From positions 15,804 to 79,803 of IMG/VR virus record IMGVR_UViG_3300012075_000001: a stretch of 64,000 bases of DNA; one strand, 5' to 3'. The notes beneath the pieces were generated by a model. It was given only the letters and a program-made list of their open reading frames with translations, was not told the DNA's origin and did no database searches. The first letter of the stretch is position 1. Every line of letters begins with the position of its first letter. Made by a program: the position numbers and the translations under genes. This DNA comes from a virus. Its lineage: Duplodnaviria > Heunggongvirae > Uroviricota > Caudoviricetes. Below, piece by piece: positions 1 through 9,910 of the stretch.

Positions 1-1
1 C

Positions 2-128
2 TATGCGGCAAAACTTAGCGTACTTCGCGGTTCGATGAATAAAGGTATCGCTTTGGCTTATACCAACAAGCAATCTTCCCGTGATGTTGAGGTTGTTAAA
101 GGCATTGCGCAACGAGTGTTCGGGTAAA
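2..128 (+). CDS. 3' end of an upstream gene (partial), unknown function
   Basis: Open frame from the window edge to TAA at 126-128; precedes the SD and ATG of the next gene. Confidence 0.35.
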
Positions 129-157
129 TCCGAACACTTCTTTAGGGAGATAGCGGC

Positions 158-841
158 ATGGATAAATCAATTAACGAACTCTACAAAGAGCATGTTGGCT
201 TAATCAATAAAGTAACTAGCAATATCTTAAAACGTGTTGCCAATATGCAAAATGCAGGGATGCAAGTTCCGATCGACCTTCAAGATGGCGAAGACATTCA
301 CAACATTCTGTTTGAAGTATTTGTGAAGGCGATCAAAGGCTTTGATGAGAAGCAAAACTACCGCTTTTCAACCTATTTCGTGAAGGCGGCTTATAACCGC
401 ATCAATCGCATTATAGAAAATGCTGTTGGAGATCGGTCGATTAACACTGTCTCCTTCTTTGATCTTGCCAACAGTGATGAAGGCGAACCGGTAGACGCGG
501 ATGGCTTTTTAGATGTTGAGCAAGAGAACTCATTTGAGCAAGCGGATCTGTCAAACCTCCTCAGTTATGTGCAAACGCAACTGAGTCCTTTGGCCCTTGA
601 ATTGCTCAAGCAAGTAATACACCCACATCCTGAATTTGAGCGCGAATACGAGGCCCAATATGCCAAGCGTGAGTTTGCGCTTCAGTTTCATAGCTCCCAC
701 TACAAAGCGATGGTAAAGCCTCTAAATCTTGCGTTTATTGTGCGCTGTGTAAAGCGAACTGCAAAGACTAATCGAGAACAAGTCCTTGTCGATGAAGCTG
801 CAAAAGAGATCCGCAAATTGCTTAGCAATGAGCTTATGTGA
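158..841 (+). CDS. sigma-70 family-like transcription factor (phage sigma)
   Basis: SD GGGAGA before the ATG. Motif VFVKAIKGFDEKQNYRFSTYFVKAAYNRINR resembles sigma-70 regions 2.1-2.3 (RFSTYA..W.IR). Confidence 0.5.
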   Translation: MDKSINELYKEHVGLINKVTSNILKRVANMQNAGMQVPIDLQDGEDIHNILFEVFVKAIKGFDEKQNYRFSTYFVKAAYNRINRIIENAVGDRSINTVSFFDLANSDEGEPVDADGFLDVEQENSFEQADLSNLLSYVQTQLSPLALELLKQVIHPHPEFEREYEAQYAKREFALQFHSSHYKAMVKPLNLAFIVRCVKRTAKTNREQVLVDEAAKEIRKLLSNELM

Positions 842-915
842 CGTTTTAGACAAAAAGCTAACGAATATCAGTCTAACGGTTAAAAAGCGCTGTATGCGCA
901 AAAGAGAGCGAATTA

Positions 916-1605
916 ATGACACATGAAAATGAATCTAAGAAAGCTGCATTGAATGCGCCCGCTTGCTTTGGCGCAGTTTCCTGCTTTTCTAGCGACAGCG
1001 CAGTCTGTAAAGAATGTCCAGCGTTTGAGCAATGCATTCCAGCGGTTAGTGAGACGTTAAACCGCATCAAAGGCGTAATTAACGTTGAGGACTATTTAAA
1101 GAAACATGAAAAGGCTAAACGCGAAGTTAAAGAACGTATCGAAGCGCGAATGAAACAAGAGAAAATCGAAAAAGAGGCTGAGCGCAGAGAAATGCCAATG
1201 CCTGATATGAAGGTTGCTCGCAAAACTAAAGTTGAGAAAGTCGAATTTAAATTAAGCGACGATCAAAACACCTTGATTGCTGAACTGCCTGTTAAAGCTC
1301 AGTCATTCGCGGTACAGCTTTGTAAGACTGGTTTAGTCGACCGTATCAAGAAAGACCTTACAGCTGGCAACAATCCACTCGAAAAGACTGGCCCAAAGTG
1401 GCTCGCAATTCTAATTGAGCTATTGATCAAAGGCGGTGTAACTCGCGCAGAGTTGAAATCAGCTTATATGAACCGCCTAGAGTGGTCTGACGGCACAGCT
1501 GGCAGTCACACGTCTTTAGCTTTCAAAATTTTTCTAGCATTTGAGATTGCCATCGAGACTGAATCGAAACTCGTAGCTAATCCTAAGTTATTTGAATCTA
1601 ATTAA
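916..1605 (+). CDS. hypothetical protein, Cys-rich N-terminus plus K/E-rich helical region
   Basis: CFGAVSCF...CKECPAFEQC suggests a metal-binding cluster; charged coiled-coil-like middle. Confidence 0.4.
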   Translation: MTHENESKKAALNAPACFGAVSCFSSDSAVCKECPAFEQCIPAVSETLNRIKGVINVEDYLKKHEKAKREVKERIEARMKQEKIEKEAERREMPMPDMKVARKTKVEKVEFKLSDDQNTLIAELPVKAQSFAVQLCKTGLVDRIKKDLTAGNNPLEKTGPKWLAILIELLIKGGVTRAELKSAYMNRLEWSDGTAGSHTSLAFKIFLAFEIAIETESKLVANPKLFESN

Positions 1606-1636
1606 TTTTTACCTGTTAAACAGATAAAGGAACATA

Positions 1637-4600
1637 ATGAACATTAATCATGCCCTTTCCGTACAATCTGACTTCTCGATTGGTCAATCTATGCTTCAGG
1701 TTGACCATATTATTGAGAAAGCAAAGGAGCTGGGTTATCAATCGGTCGCTGTGGTTGATGACATGAGCGTTCATGCGCTTATTCAATTCACATACAAGGC
1801 TGAGAAAGAAGGTATCAAACCTATAACTGGCGTTCGTGTGCGAGTTTATGACGACCCTACCTATCGTCGACCTTCAAGAACATCACAAGAGATTCCTAAA
1901 GAAAACCCGTGGTTCATTTGTAAGGTTTTCGCGAAAACCGAGGTGGGATTCAAAGGGTTGCTTAGGCTATTAACCGAAGCGAATACTCCAGAGCGATTCT
2001 ATTACAATCCTCGTTCATGCCTTAAAGACCTTCTCGAGCTAGAGGATGTGATTGTTACGACGGGCGATATGTTCGGTATGTTTAGTCATCCGAACTACGA
2101 AAAGATTGCACGTCAATTAAAGTCTACCTTTGGCGATGATTTCTACGCAGAGCTGTGCCCTATAAACACACCATTGTTTGACAAGATGAATAAGCGTGCA
2201 ATTGAGCTTGTCAGCACAATGGGTTACAAACCTCTTGTCACCTACCCTTTTCGCTATTCAGATAACGCAGACGCGAATACGATGGATGTAATGAGTGCGA
2301 TTGCTACAAACACGCAATTAGATGCCTCTTTCCGTAGTCGTCAGTATGTTAAAGAATTTGCATTCGTTGGCCCAAATGTAATTATCGACCGCACAAAGGC
2401 AGCAATCGCACGCGGTGTTAAGTTCAATCGAACCATGTTAGATCCAAAAGCCGTAACAGCAATTTGGTCTACAGGTATCAAAAATTGCGATGAGATTGTT
2501 CAAAAGTGCCAGTACAAGTTTGAAAAACAATCAATTTCTCTTCCAAAATTAGCAGACGATGAGTTCAAGAAGTTATGCGATTTGTGTGTAGCGGGCTGGA
2601 AAAAACGATTTAGCAAACCCGTCTTAGGCTATTTGCCCACTAAACAGCAACTCGATACTGATTATAAAGATCGCTTAGGCTATGAGTTAAGAACGCTCAA
2701 AAATATGGGTTTTGAGTCCTACTTCTTAATGGTTGAGGATCTTGTAACGTGGGCCAAGAACAACGGTGTAATTGTAGGACCCGGTCGTGGTTCGGTTGGT
2801 GGTTCATTGGTTGCTTACCTTATTGGCATCACGGACGTAGACCCTATTCGCTTTGGTTTGATCTTCGAGCGTTTTATTAACCCTGAGCGACTAGATTTGC
2901 CCGATGCTGACCTTGACTTTGCCTCTTCGCGTCGTCACAAAGTTGTTGAATACCTCATTGATAAATACGGGAAAGAATACGTTGCGGGTATTTCCAACTA
3001 CTCAACATTAGCTTCGGCTTCAGCATTACGTGATGTCGGTCGTTTAAGCGGTTTAACACCTCTTGAATTAACGGCGTCTAAATTCGTGCTTAAAGATCAC
3101 GGTCAAACAATGTCGCTTGAAGAGTCAGCTAAAGCGGTTCCTGAATTAGACAAATTTAAAAAAGCGCATCCTGAAATTTGGAAGCATGCTGTTAAATTGG
3201 CGGGAACAATGAAGTCGTTCGGTCAACACGCTGCCGGTATTGTTGTAGCGGGTGAACCAATTGTGAACCGTGCTGTTTTGGAGCGTCGATCTGAAGGCAC
3301 GGTCGTAAACTGGGATAAGCGAGTGGTTGAAGACTGTGGCTTAGTAAAAATGGACTTACTGGGTTTGTCCACCTTAGACACGCTTAATATTGCCCGTGAC
3401 TACATCAAAGAACGTCATGGCATCTATCTAAACTACTTAGAAATTCCTTTAGATGATGCTAAGACCTTGCAAGCGTTTGCAAACGGTAATACTACAGGCG
3501 TTTTCCAGTTCGAATCAGGTGGTATGAAACAGCTGCTAAAAGATATCGCAAAGGGTGGCTCAATGACCTTTGATGATATTTCAGCTGCAACCGCTTTGTA
3601 TCGTCCGGGGCCTATGGATTCAGGACTTTTAGACGATTACGTTGCAACCCGTCAAGGTATGCGTTCAGTCAGCTACGATCATCCAAATATGATTGACGCA
3701 CTCAAAGACACTTTAGGCGTCATTATCTATCAAGAACAGGTAATGAAAGTCTCTGTGGACTTTGCAGGTTTTACAAACGCTGAAGCGGACAAACTCCGTA
3801 AAGCGATGGGTAAAAAGAACGTCGACGAAATGAACAAGATGCGTCAAAAGTTCATTGACGGCGCAGTTGCAAAATCAGGAGTAGAACCAGGAGAGGCTGG
3901 ACGAATTTTTGATAAGATCGAAGCCTTTGCTGGCTATGGTTTCAACAAATCTCACTCAGTTGAGTATTCAATCATTTCTGTATGGTGTGCTTATGTTCGC
4001 GTCCACTATCCAGCTGAATATTTTGCTGCATCTTTATCAATCGTAGATGAGGATAAATTGAAAGGTTTGGTGAAGGATGCTCGCGAATGCGGTATCGAAG
4101 TTTTACCGCCAGACATTAACCTTTCTTCTGACCGTTACACCATCTTAGACAATCACAATATTCTTGCACCGTTTAACGCTGTTAAGGGCGTATCAGAGAC
4201 GACGGCACGCGCTATCGTGAAGCTACGCGAAAAGAACCGCGATATGAAGATTGTTAAGTACAAACGCAATGAAGAGAAAACGCCTGTTTATGGTTATGAC
4301 GACGATGCGCCAATTAAAGGTCGCTTTGATAGCTTGTTCGAGTTCCAAGAAGCAGCAGCACAGCCTAAAACTAAGGTAAACTCAAAAGTCGTTGAGTCTC
4401 TTAATGCGATTGGCGCTTTAGCGAGCGTAGAGCCATCACAATTACCCGCTCGACACATCGACCGACGCAAAGCTCAAATGGACTTATTGCCCGGAATTGT
4501 CATCGATACGGTGAAGGCTGACCGAGTTGCTGATCTAAGCGAAAATCACTTAAAGAGTCGCATCATCATGGTGGCTCAGGAATACAAACAGTGTGATGGC

Positions 4601-5098
4601 TGCGATTTGAAAGGTAAAAAGCATCCAGTCATGCGTTGTGGTAACAAAGTTAAGTTTATGGTCGTCACAGATTGTCCAAATGTTGATGAGGACAAGCAAG
4701 ATAAGCTTATGGTAGGTGATGTCTCAACGTATTTGAAGCAAGCAATCAGAGACGCTGGACTAAATCCAAACGACGGTTACTACACTACGATGGTGAAGGC
4801 GCGTAAGTCAGATAAATTCCTTTCTAACTCACAAATTAATAATTGTAGTAAGTACTTGGAAGAAGAGATTAATCTTGTTAAGCCAAGCATTATTGTTGCG
4901 CTAGGCTCTAGTGTGGCCAAGAAGTTTTTGCCTAGTGTTAAGGGCGGCATTTCAGAGTTAAATGCGACCGCTGTTTATGACACTAACCTTGACGCAACTA
5001 TTGTCTGTGGCATTAGTCCTGCACAACTACCCTTTGACCCTTCAAAACTACCAGACCTTACTTTAGCCTTCGAAAAAGTAGCAGAAGTATTAAGTTGA
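1637..5098 (+). CDS. dnaE: DNA polymerase III alpha subunit (DnaE-like) with C-terminal degenerate family-4 UDG-like domain
   Basis: N-terminal PHP-like region and polymerase core (GPGRGS..G.LVAYL, MDLLGL, YRPGPMD, GYGFNKSH). The C-terminal ~170 aa align to family-4 UDG (KFMVVTDCPNVDEDKQ...VGD vs LMIVGEAPGEEEDKQ...VGRAG; LVKPSIIVALGS vs LVRPRVIVALGA). Confidence 0.85.
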   Translation: MNINHALSVQSDFSIGQSMLQVDHIIEKAKELGYQSVAVVDDMSVHALIQFTYKAEKEGIKPITGVRVRVYDDPTYRRPSRTSQEIPKENPWFICKVFAKTEVGFKGLLRLLTEANTPERFYYNPRSCLKDLLELEDVIVTTGDMFGMFSHPNYEKIARQLKSTFGDDFYAELCPINTPLFDKMNKRAIELVSTMGYKPLVTYPFRYSDNADANTMDVMSAIATNTQLDASFRSRQYVKEFAFVGPNVIIDRTKAAIARGVKFNRTMLDPKAVTAIWSTGIKNCDEIVQKCQYKFEKQSISLPKLADDEFKKLCDLCVAGWKKRFSKPVLGYLPTKQQLDTDYKDRLGYELRTLKNMGFESYFLMVEDLVTWAKNNGVIVGPGRGSVGGSLVAYLIGITDVDPIRFGLIFERFINPERLDLPDADLDFASSRRHKVVEYLIDKYGKEYVAGISNYSTLASASALRDVGRLSGLTPLELTASKFVLKDHGQTMSLEESAKAVPELDKFKKAHPEIWKHAVKLAGTMKSFGQHAAGIVVAGEPIVNRAVLERRSEGTVVNWDKRVVEDCGLVKMDLLGLSTLDTLNIARDYIKERHGIYLNYLEIPLDDAKTLQAFANGNTTGVFQFESGGMKQLLKDIAKGGSMTFDDISAATALYRPGPMDSGLLDDYVATRQGMRSVSYDHPNMIDALKDTLGVIIYQEQVMKVSVDFAGFTNAEADKLRKAMGKKNVDEMNKMRQKFIDGAVAKSGVEPGEAGRIFDKIEAFAGYGFNKSHSVEYSIISVWCAYVRVHYPAEYFAASLSIVDEDKLKGLVKDARECGIEVLPPDINLSSDRYTILDNHNILAPFNAVKGVSETTARAIVKLREKNRDMKIVKYKRNEEKTPVYGYDDDAPIKGRFDSLFEFQEAAAQPKTKVNSKVVESLNAIGALASVEPSQLPARHIDRRKAQMDLLPGIVIDTVKADRVADLSENHLKSRIIMVAQEYKQCDGCDLKGKKHPVMRCGNKVKFMVVTDCPNVDEDKQDKLMVGDVSTYLKQAIRDAGLNPNDGYYTTMVKARKSDKFLSNSQINNCSKYLEEEINLVKPSIIVALGSSVAKKFLPSVKGGISELNATAVYDTNLDATIVCGISPAQLPFDPSKLPDLTLAFEKVAEVLS

Positions 5099-5110
5099 TT
5101 TATTGGAGAA

Positions 5111-5130
5111 GTCAGTCATGACTGATTGAC
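5111..5130 (+). promoter_or_regulatory. variant palindromic motif (GTCAGTCATGACTGATTGAC)
   Basis: Related palindrome between dnaE and the next gene. Confidence 0.35.
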
Positions 5131-5182
5131 TTTTCTTTCAATGATTTTATAGTGACACCTTATTTTTAATGTAGAGGTAATT

Positions 5183-6280
5183 ATGACAACTCAAGTGCAA
5201 GATTTCACAAGCGAAGCAGATTTAGAAGAGCTATTTCAAGAATTAGACATGCTGGGCGAAAGCACTGCAAGCATAGCTGCTCAACCAACGCCAGCTCCCG
5301 CACCAGAGCCACAAGTTCAAGCGGTTCAACAACCTGTAGCTACCCCTACCCCTCAGCCGCAAGTAGTTACTGAAGCACCTGCGCAACCAACCGTCACTAC
5401 TCCACCGCCAGCTGAAGCGCAAACGCCTCATGCAATGTTTGCGAATATGAATGTTGGTGGAATGCTCAAACAAGCTGAAGGAAAAGTTGAGTTAGATCCA
5501 GAAACTCAAACCCCTCCACCACCTCAACAAACAAACCTACAACCACCAGTGCCGGAAAAGGTGGACAATGATCACGATCAAGAAGTTGTTGAGCAAATTT
5601 TTTCTTCGACCACTGCTACTGCATCCACCGCTCCTGCTAATCCTAGCGTCGTACCACCTGTCACAGCTGCTCCTAAAGCTCCTGAACCTACTACTTCGGT
5701 TCCTGCGCCAAAAACACCAACAGTGGGTCAACAAGCCTCAGCGTCGGGATACAGCGGAACGTTAGGCATCACTTTAGAGAATCTGAAGTATAAACCTGAT
5801 GTTCGTGCATTCCAGTTAGAAACAGCTATTTCTGACGCCACGATTGATCAGTGTATGACGAACCAACCTTCCTTAATGTCTTACTGGTCAGCGCAGCAGG
5901 CGTTGGCAGATCATCAACAGGCATTGGCTAAACGCCAGCTTGACCATGTTGAAGCTACGTTATTTCAGGTTTACCGCAAGGCACTTATTAAGAAAGGAGA
6001 GAAACCAACAGAGCGCCTTATTGATGCGTATATTCGCCGTGATGCAATGTGGGAATTGGCTTACGACGTACACGCTACAGCCTCTCAATATGCCAACATT
6101 TTGAAAGGTAATGTGTTTGCGCTTGTTCATCGTCGTGACATGTTAATTCAACGCGGCTCTAGTCTACGCGCAGAGTATCAAGGACAGGTTAGAACGCTTA
6201 GCGCGCAGAACCATGATGATCATTCAATGGCTGCGTTAGATAATGCTAACCGCGCATTAAATCGTACACATACCCAATAA
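5183..6280 (+). CDS. hypothetical protein: acidic N-terminal motif, P/T/Q-rich linker, conserved C-terminal domain
   Basis: Good SD (GAGGTAATT-ATG). The N-terminus is paralogous to that of 35103-36041. Confidence 0.5.
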   Translation: MTTQVQDFTSEADLEELFQELDMLGESTASIAAQPTPAPAPEPQVQAVQQPVATPTPQPQVVTEAPAQPTVTTPPPAEAQTPHAMFANMNVGGMLKQAEGKVELDPETQTPPPPQQTNLQPPVPEKVDNDHDQEVVEQIFSSTTATASTAPANPSVVPPVTAAPKAPEPTTSVPAPKTPTVGQQASASGYSGTLGITLENLKYKPDVRAFQLETAISDATIDQCMTNQPSLMSYWSAQQALADHQQALAKRQLDHVEATLFQVYRKALIKKGEKPTERLIDAYIRRDAMWELAYDVHATASQYANILKGNVFALVHRRDMLIQRGSSLRAEYQGQVRTLSAQNHDDHSMAALDNANRALNRTHTQ

Positions 6281-6295
6281 ATTCTATTGAAAAGA

Positions 6296-6316
6296 TCAGT
6301 CAGTACTGACTATACT
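6296..6316 (+). promoter_or_regulatory. palindrome AGTCAGTACTGACT + TATACT (promoter-like)
   Basis: Perfect 14-nt palindrome abutting a -10-like hexamer. Long inverted repeat (GTCAGAAC...GTTCTGAC) downstream. Confidence 0.5.
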
Positions 6317-6430
6317 ATTACCCGTCAGAACAAGCGAATCGCAGCACGTCGAAATGAAGCGATTCCCGAGTTCTGACAAGCAATCAAGCAACAAAGCAAT
6401 CAACGCAAAGCTACTCAAGGAAATTGTATC

Positions 6431-7321
6431 ATGACTCAATTCGTTTTAGACCCAGCAAAATTAATGGAAACCGCAGCAAATAAGCAAAATGCTATTCGCT
6501 CGCGTGAGAAAACTCTCAAACCTAAAGATGGGTCAAATCGTTTCGTGTTACTTCCGGGGTGGGGTTGGAAACAAGGTAAGCAAGATGTGTGGTTCCATGA
6601 CTTTGGTATGCACTTTATCAAAGATGCAAATGGTGACTTACAGTCTACTTATGTTTGTTTAGATAAAACTTATGGCAAGGACTGCCCGATCTGCGGAGCT
6701 TTAAAACAAGCTGCTAATATGGCTACAACAGAAGCTCAAGTTGAAGCGTTAAAAGAGTGTGGCTCACGTCAGACTTACTTAATGAACGTTTTGGCATTAG
6801 ATTCTGATCGACCTAACGACCCGCAAATCTTAGAAGTTCCTAAAACAGTGTTTAGCGCAATCTTCGATGTATTGGCTAAATGGGGTAGTCGTTTATTTGA
6901 TCCTAACGGTTCGCAAGTGATTGTAATTAACCGCAATGGTTCAGGTATGAATACCAAATACACTGTATTGCCAGATGCAGACACTAAACAAATCCAACCA
7001 CAGGTATATGAAAAACTTAACAACCTAGATGAATATGTACAGCAAGAAAATGATGAACGTTTACAACGCTCATTAGGTCATGTTCAGCAAGTTGTAGGTT
7101 TATTACCTCCATCTCAAAACAGCGATACGCCACGTACACCAGCAGCCGCTTTAGGTGTAGGCACTACCGCTCCGCAACAAACTTTCAGTCAAACTGCTGA
7201 AGAAATTTCGTATACCGAAGTTACTCAGCCTGCTCAACCTCAAGCAGCTCAACAGCCGCCGATTAACCTTAACACCGACCTCGACGCTTTATTAGACGGC
7301 GTTGATGACATTGTGGTTTAA
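6431..7321 (+). CDS. single-stranded DNA-binding protein, T4 gp32-like (Zn-binding)
   Basis: RFVLLPGW...H...C(X9)CPIC matches the gp32 RFLPS...H..C..C..C zinc subdomain pattern. Acidic C-terminal tail DLDALLDGVDDIVV. Confidence 0.55.
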   Translation: MTQFVLDPAKLMETAANKQNAIRSREKTLKPKDGSNRFVLLPGWGWKQGKQDVWFHDFGMHFIKDANGDLQSTYVCLDKTYGKDCPICGALKQAANMATTEAQVEALKECGSRQTYLMNVLALDSDRPNDPQILEVPKTVFSAIFDVLAKWGSRLFDPNGSQVIVINRNGSGMNTKYTVLPDADTKQIQPQVYEKLNNLDEYVQQENDERLQRSLGHVQQVVGLLPPSQNSDTPRTPAAALGVGTTAPQQTFSQTAEEISYTEVTQPAQPQAAQQPPINLNTDLDALLDGVDDIVV

Positions 7322-7334
7322 CCGTTAATCAACA

Positions 7335-7362
7335 AGAAAGCCGCCGCAAGGTGGCTTCTTTG
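7335..7362 (+). terminator. weak terminator-like hairpin after SSB gene
   Basis: GAAAGCC-GCCGCAAGGT-GGCTTCTTT. Confidence 0.4.
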
Positions 7363-7377
7363 TCAGAGGGTATCAAT

Positions 7378-8442
7378 ATGCCGCACTTAACTATTTTAAT
7401 TGATGGTAACTCTATTGGTTACGCAGCTCATCACGCAACAAAATTGTCTTCAGGTGGAATGCAAACTCAGGCGGTGTACGGTTTTTTGCGTACAGTGCGT
7501 GAATTGCGTATCCGTAACCCACTAGCAACGATTTATGTGCTTTGGGATGGAAAGGCTCAATTTCGTTATGACCTTTGCCCTGAATACAAAATTAAGCGTG
7601 TTGCAGATACACCCGAAAAGATAGCAGATAAAGAGGCTTACAAAGCTCAGATTCCGTTTATCAAAGCGGCCCTGTCTGCATTAGGCGTTGCTCAAATTCT
7701 TTCTTACATTCACGAAGCAGATGACTTAGCTGGGATTCTCACAAATCGCATTATGAGCGTGCCAGATCAAGAAATCTTACTTGCTTCAGGTGATGTCGAT
7801 TGGGTTCAACTCATACGTCGTGGTGTGCGCTGGCAAGACTTACGCGACAAAAACAATGAGAAGGTCATTACCTTTGAAAATTTTGTTGAAAAGACTGGCT
7901 ATAAAACACCGATTGCATTCTTAGAAGGCAAAGCGCTGCAAGGCGATTCTTCTGACTGTATTCCGGGTGTTGGTGGAATTGGTGAAGGCACAGCGCCATT
8001 ATTTCTTGCTGAACATGGTTCGGTTGGGAAATTCATTAAACGTTGCGACAGTGGCGAAATTAAGCCAGCCAATAAAGCTCAACGCTCATTGTGGAAAGGT
8101 ATGTCACCTTACACGAAAAATCAGTGGAAGGATTTGTTCCATTACGTTCATGACGATTCGCTAAGCGAAGAAGACAACGCGAAAGAATGCAAGAAACAAC
8201 TCAAAAAGCACATGGATGCTTATGAAGGTCAAGGTCGCAAACTCTTCGTCCGAAATATGCAAATCATGCAGCTAATCAAGCCACACCCCTTAGATAAGAA
8301 GCAACTCGAAGTCGACAAAGGCAACTTTGACTTAGATAAGTTTATTGATGTCTGCGCCGAGCTGAACTTCTCATCGATTCTGAACGTAATTGACAACTTT
8401 GTTCAACCGTTCAAACAAGCACTAACGAACCAAACTAATTGA
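7378..8442 (+). CDS. 5'-3' exonuclease / flap endonuclease (T4 RNase H / PolI 5'-exo family)
   Basis: HLTILIDGNSIGYAAHHA matches the LILIDGNSLAYRAFFA N-terminal FEN motif. Start moved to ATG 7378 (SD GAGGGT). Confidence 0.8.
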   Translation: MPHLTILIDGNSIGYAAHHATKLSSGGMQTQAVYGFLRTVRELRIRNPLATIYVLWDGKAQFRYDLCPEYKIKRVADTPEKIADKEAYKAQIPFIKAALSALGVAQILSYIHEADDLAGILTNRIMSVPDQEILLASGDVDWVQLIRRGVRWQDLRDKNNEKVITFENFVEKTGYKTPIAFLEGKALQGDSSDCIPGVGGIGEGTAPLFLAEHGSVGKFIKRCDSGEIKPANKAQRSLWKGMSPYTKNQWKDLFHYVHDDSLSEEDNAKECKKQLKKHMDAYEGQGRKLFVRNMQIMQLIKPHPLDKKQLEVDKGNFDLDKFIDVCAELNFSSILNVIDNFVQPFKQALTNQTN

Positions 8443-8452
8443 GACAAAAGAC

Positions 8453-9484
8453 ATGACAGCACAATCACAAATCGACGCTTTAAACGATGCATTATTCAAA
8501 ACAATTGGTGACAACCACACTGGACAAGCGGTTACTCAATGGATTGATACGGGTAACCCTGAACTAAACCGTATTATCTCAGGGCGGTATGATGGCGGTT
8601 TGCCATTTGGTCGAATGATTGAGGTGTTTGGTGAGCCTTCTACTGGTAAAACAGCTGACGCAACAGAATGGATGGTTCGAGCGCAGCAAATGGGCGGATG
8701 CGCAATCTTTATCGATTGGGAGCGCTCGTTTGATGTTGGTTTAGCTGAAGGGTTTGGCTTGACTACAGAACGTCCTTATTGGATCTACGCGAAGCCTAAA
8801 ACATGGGAAGAAGGCAACACGCTTGCTGCAAAAGCCTGTCAGTTAATTCGTGCGTCTAAAGCTATTCCAGACGACGCGCCAATTTTGGTTGTGTACGACT
8901 CAATTGCGGCTGCAATGCCTAAATCAGTTAATGAAAAAGGTATCGATGAATACACAATGAATGACACGACTGCTTTGGCTCGTGTTACATCGACAACTTT
9001 AAAAGCTATGGCCCAATACGCTGAAGACTTTAACGCAACGTTTGTTTACTTGAACCAAATGCGTTTAAAGCCGGGTGTTATGTTTGGTGACCCGCGTACT
9101 ACACCAGGCGGAAAAGCGATGGAGTTTTACGCTTCAGCTCGTTTAGCGCTTGGTCGTCAAAAGATTATGGACAAAGGTGAAACTGGCGATAAAGAGTTTG
9201 TGGGGCAAAACATTTCCGTCCAGTGTGTAAAAACAAAATTTACACGCCCGTTCCAAGAGTGCAACTTGCGCATGATGTACAACGAATTAGATGTAGCTTA
9301 TTTCGATCACGTTGCCTCTACCCTAGATTTGCTTATTAAACGTGGGTGGGTTGAATACAACAAGCCACGCGTAACTTGGACAGATGGCAAAAAATACTTT
9401 GTTAAAGATTTAGTTGCCAAATTAAACGCTGAACCTAATGGCATGGAGCAATTGAAAGCGCTCTTACCCAAGTCCAATAAATAA
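8453..9484 (+). CDS. RecA/UvsX-like recombinase
   Basis: GGLPFGRMIEVFGEPSTGKT resembles the RecA sequence [21 protein letters not shown] (Walker A). Confidence 0.7.
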   Translation: MTAQSQIDALNDALFKTIGDNHTGQAVTQWIDTGNPELNRIISGRYDGGLPFGRMIEVFGEPSTGKTADATEWMVRAQQMGGCAIFIDWERSFDVGLAEGFGLTTERPYWIYAKPKTWEEGNTLAAKACQLIRASKAIPDDAPILVVYDSIAAAMPKSVNEKGIDEYTMNDTTALARVTSTTLKAMAQYAEDFNATFVYLNQMRLKPGVMFGDPRTTPGGKAMEFYASARLALGRQKIMDKGETGDKEFVGQNISVQCVKTKFTRPFQECNLRMMYNELDVAYFDHVASTLDLLIKRGWVEYNKPRVTWTDGKKYFVKDLVAKLNAEPNGMEQLKALLPKSNK

Positions 9485-9556
9485 TTCTCAGGAGTATTAG
9501 ACGAACCGCCCTAAACTAAAAGTGTAAATAACATTTTTATTAGGGCGGTTTTGCTT

Positions 9557-9910
9557 ATGAAACATTACGTTTTGGATTTTGTACCACCACTTCAAGGCAT
9601 GGATGATCGCTTCAATACGATTCGATTGGGGATTACATGGTCAAAGAAACTTGCCATTGGTGATCGAGTGTATCTCCAAAATTCAAAAACTAAAATGGTC
9701 GAAGGTTTAGCGGTTGTTGATCGAGTAATTGTCGGGAAGCTTGGCGAACTATGCGCTTATTACGGTGCTGATAATCACACCGAAGTTGACAGTGACGACA
9801 AGTGTAGAAGCGCAGAGCGTCTATATAAATTGACGTTAAAGCTTTACGGGCCACACATCGCAAACGCAATGAAGAAATCAACAGTTATTTATTTAAGGCG
9901 GATAGAGTGA
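9557..9910 (+). CDS. hypothetical small protein (possibly PUA/ASCH-like beta-barrel)
   Basis: ORF with ATG at 9557; only a weak fold guess. Confidence 0.35.
   Translation: MKHYVLDFVPPLQGMDDRFNTIRLGITWSKKLAIGDRVYLQNSKTKMVEGLAVVDRVIVGKLGELCAYYGADNHTEVDSDDKCRSAERLYKLTLKLYGPHIANAMKKSTVIYLRRIE

Noticed and set aside
9504-9556. Inverted repeat AACCGCCCTAA...TTAGGGCGGTT after the recombinase gene
   Set aside because: The loop is ~25 nt and the T-run weak. It may be a regulatory hairpin rather than a real terminator, so it is left out of the terminator list.
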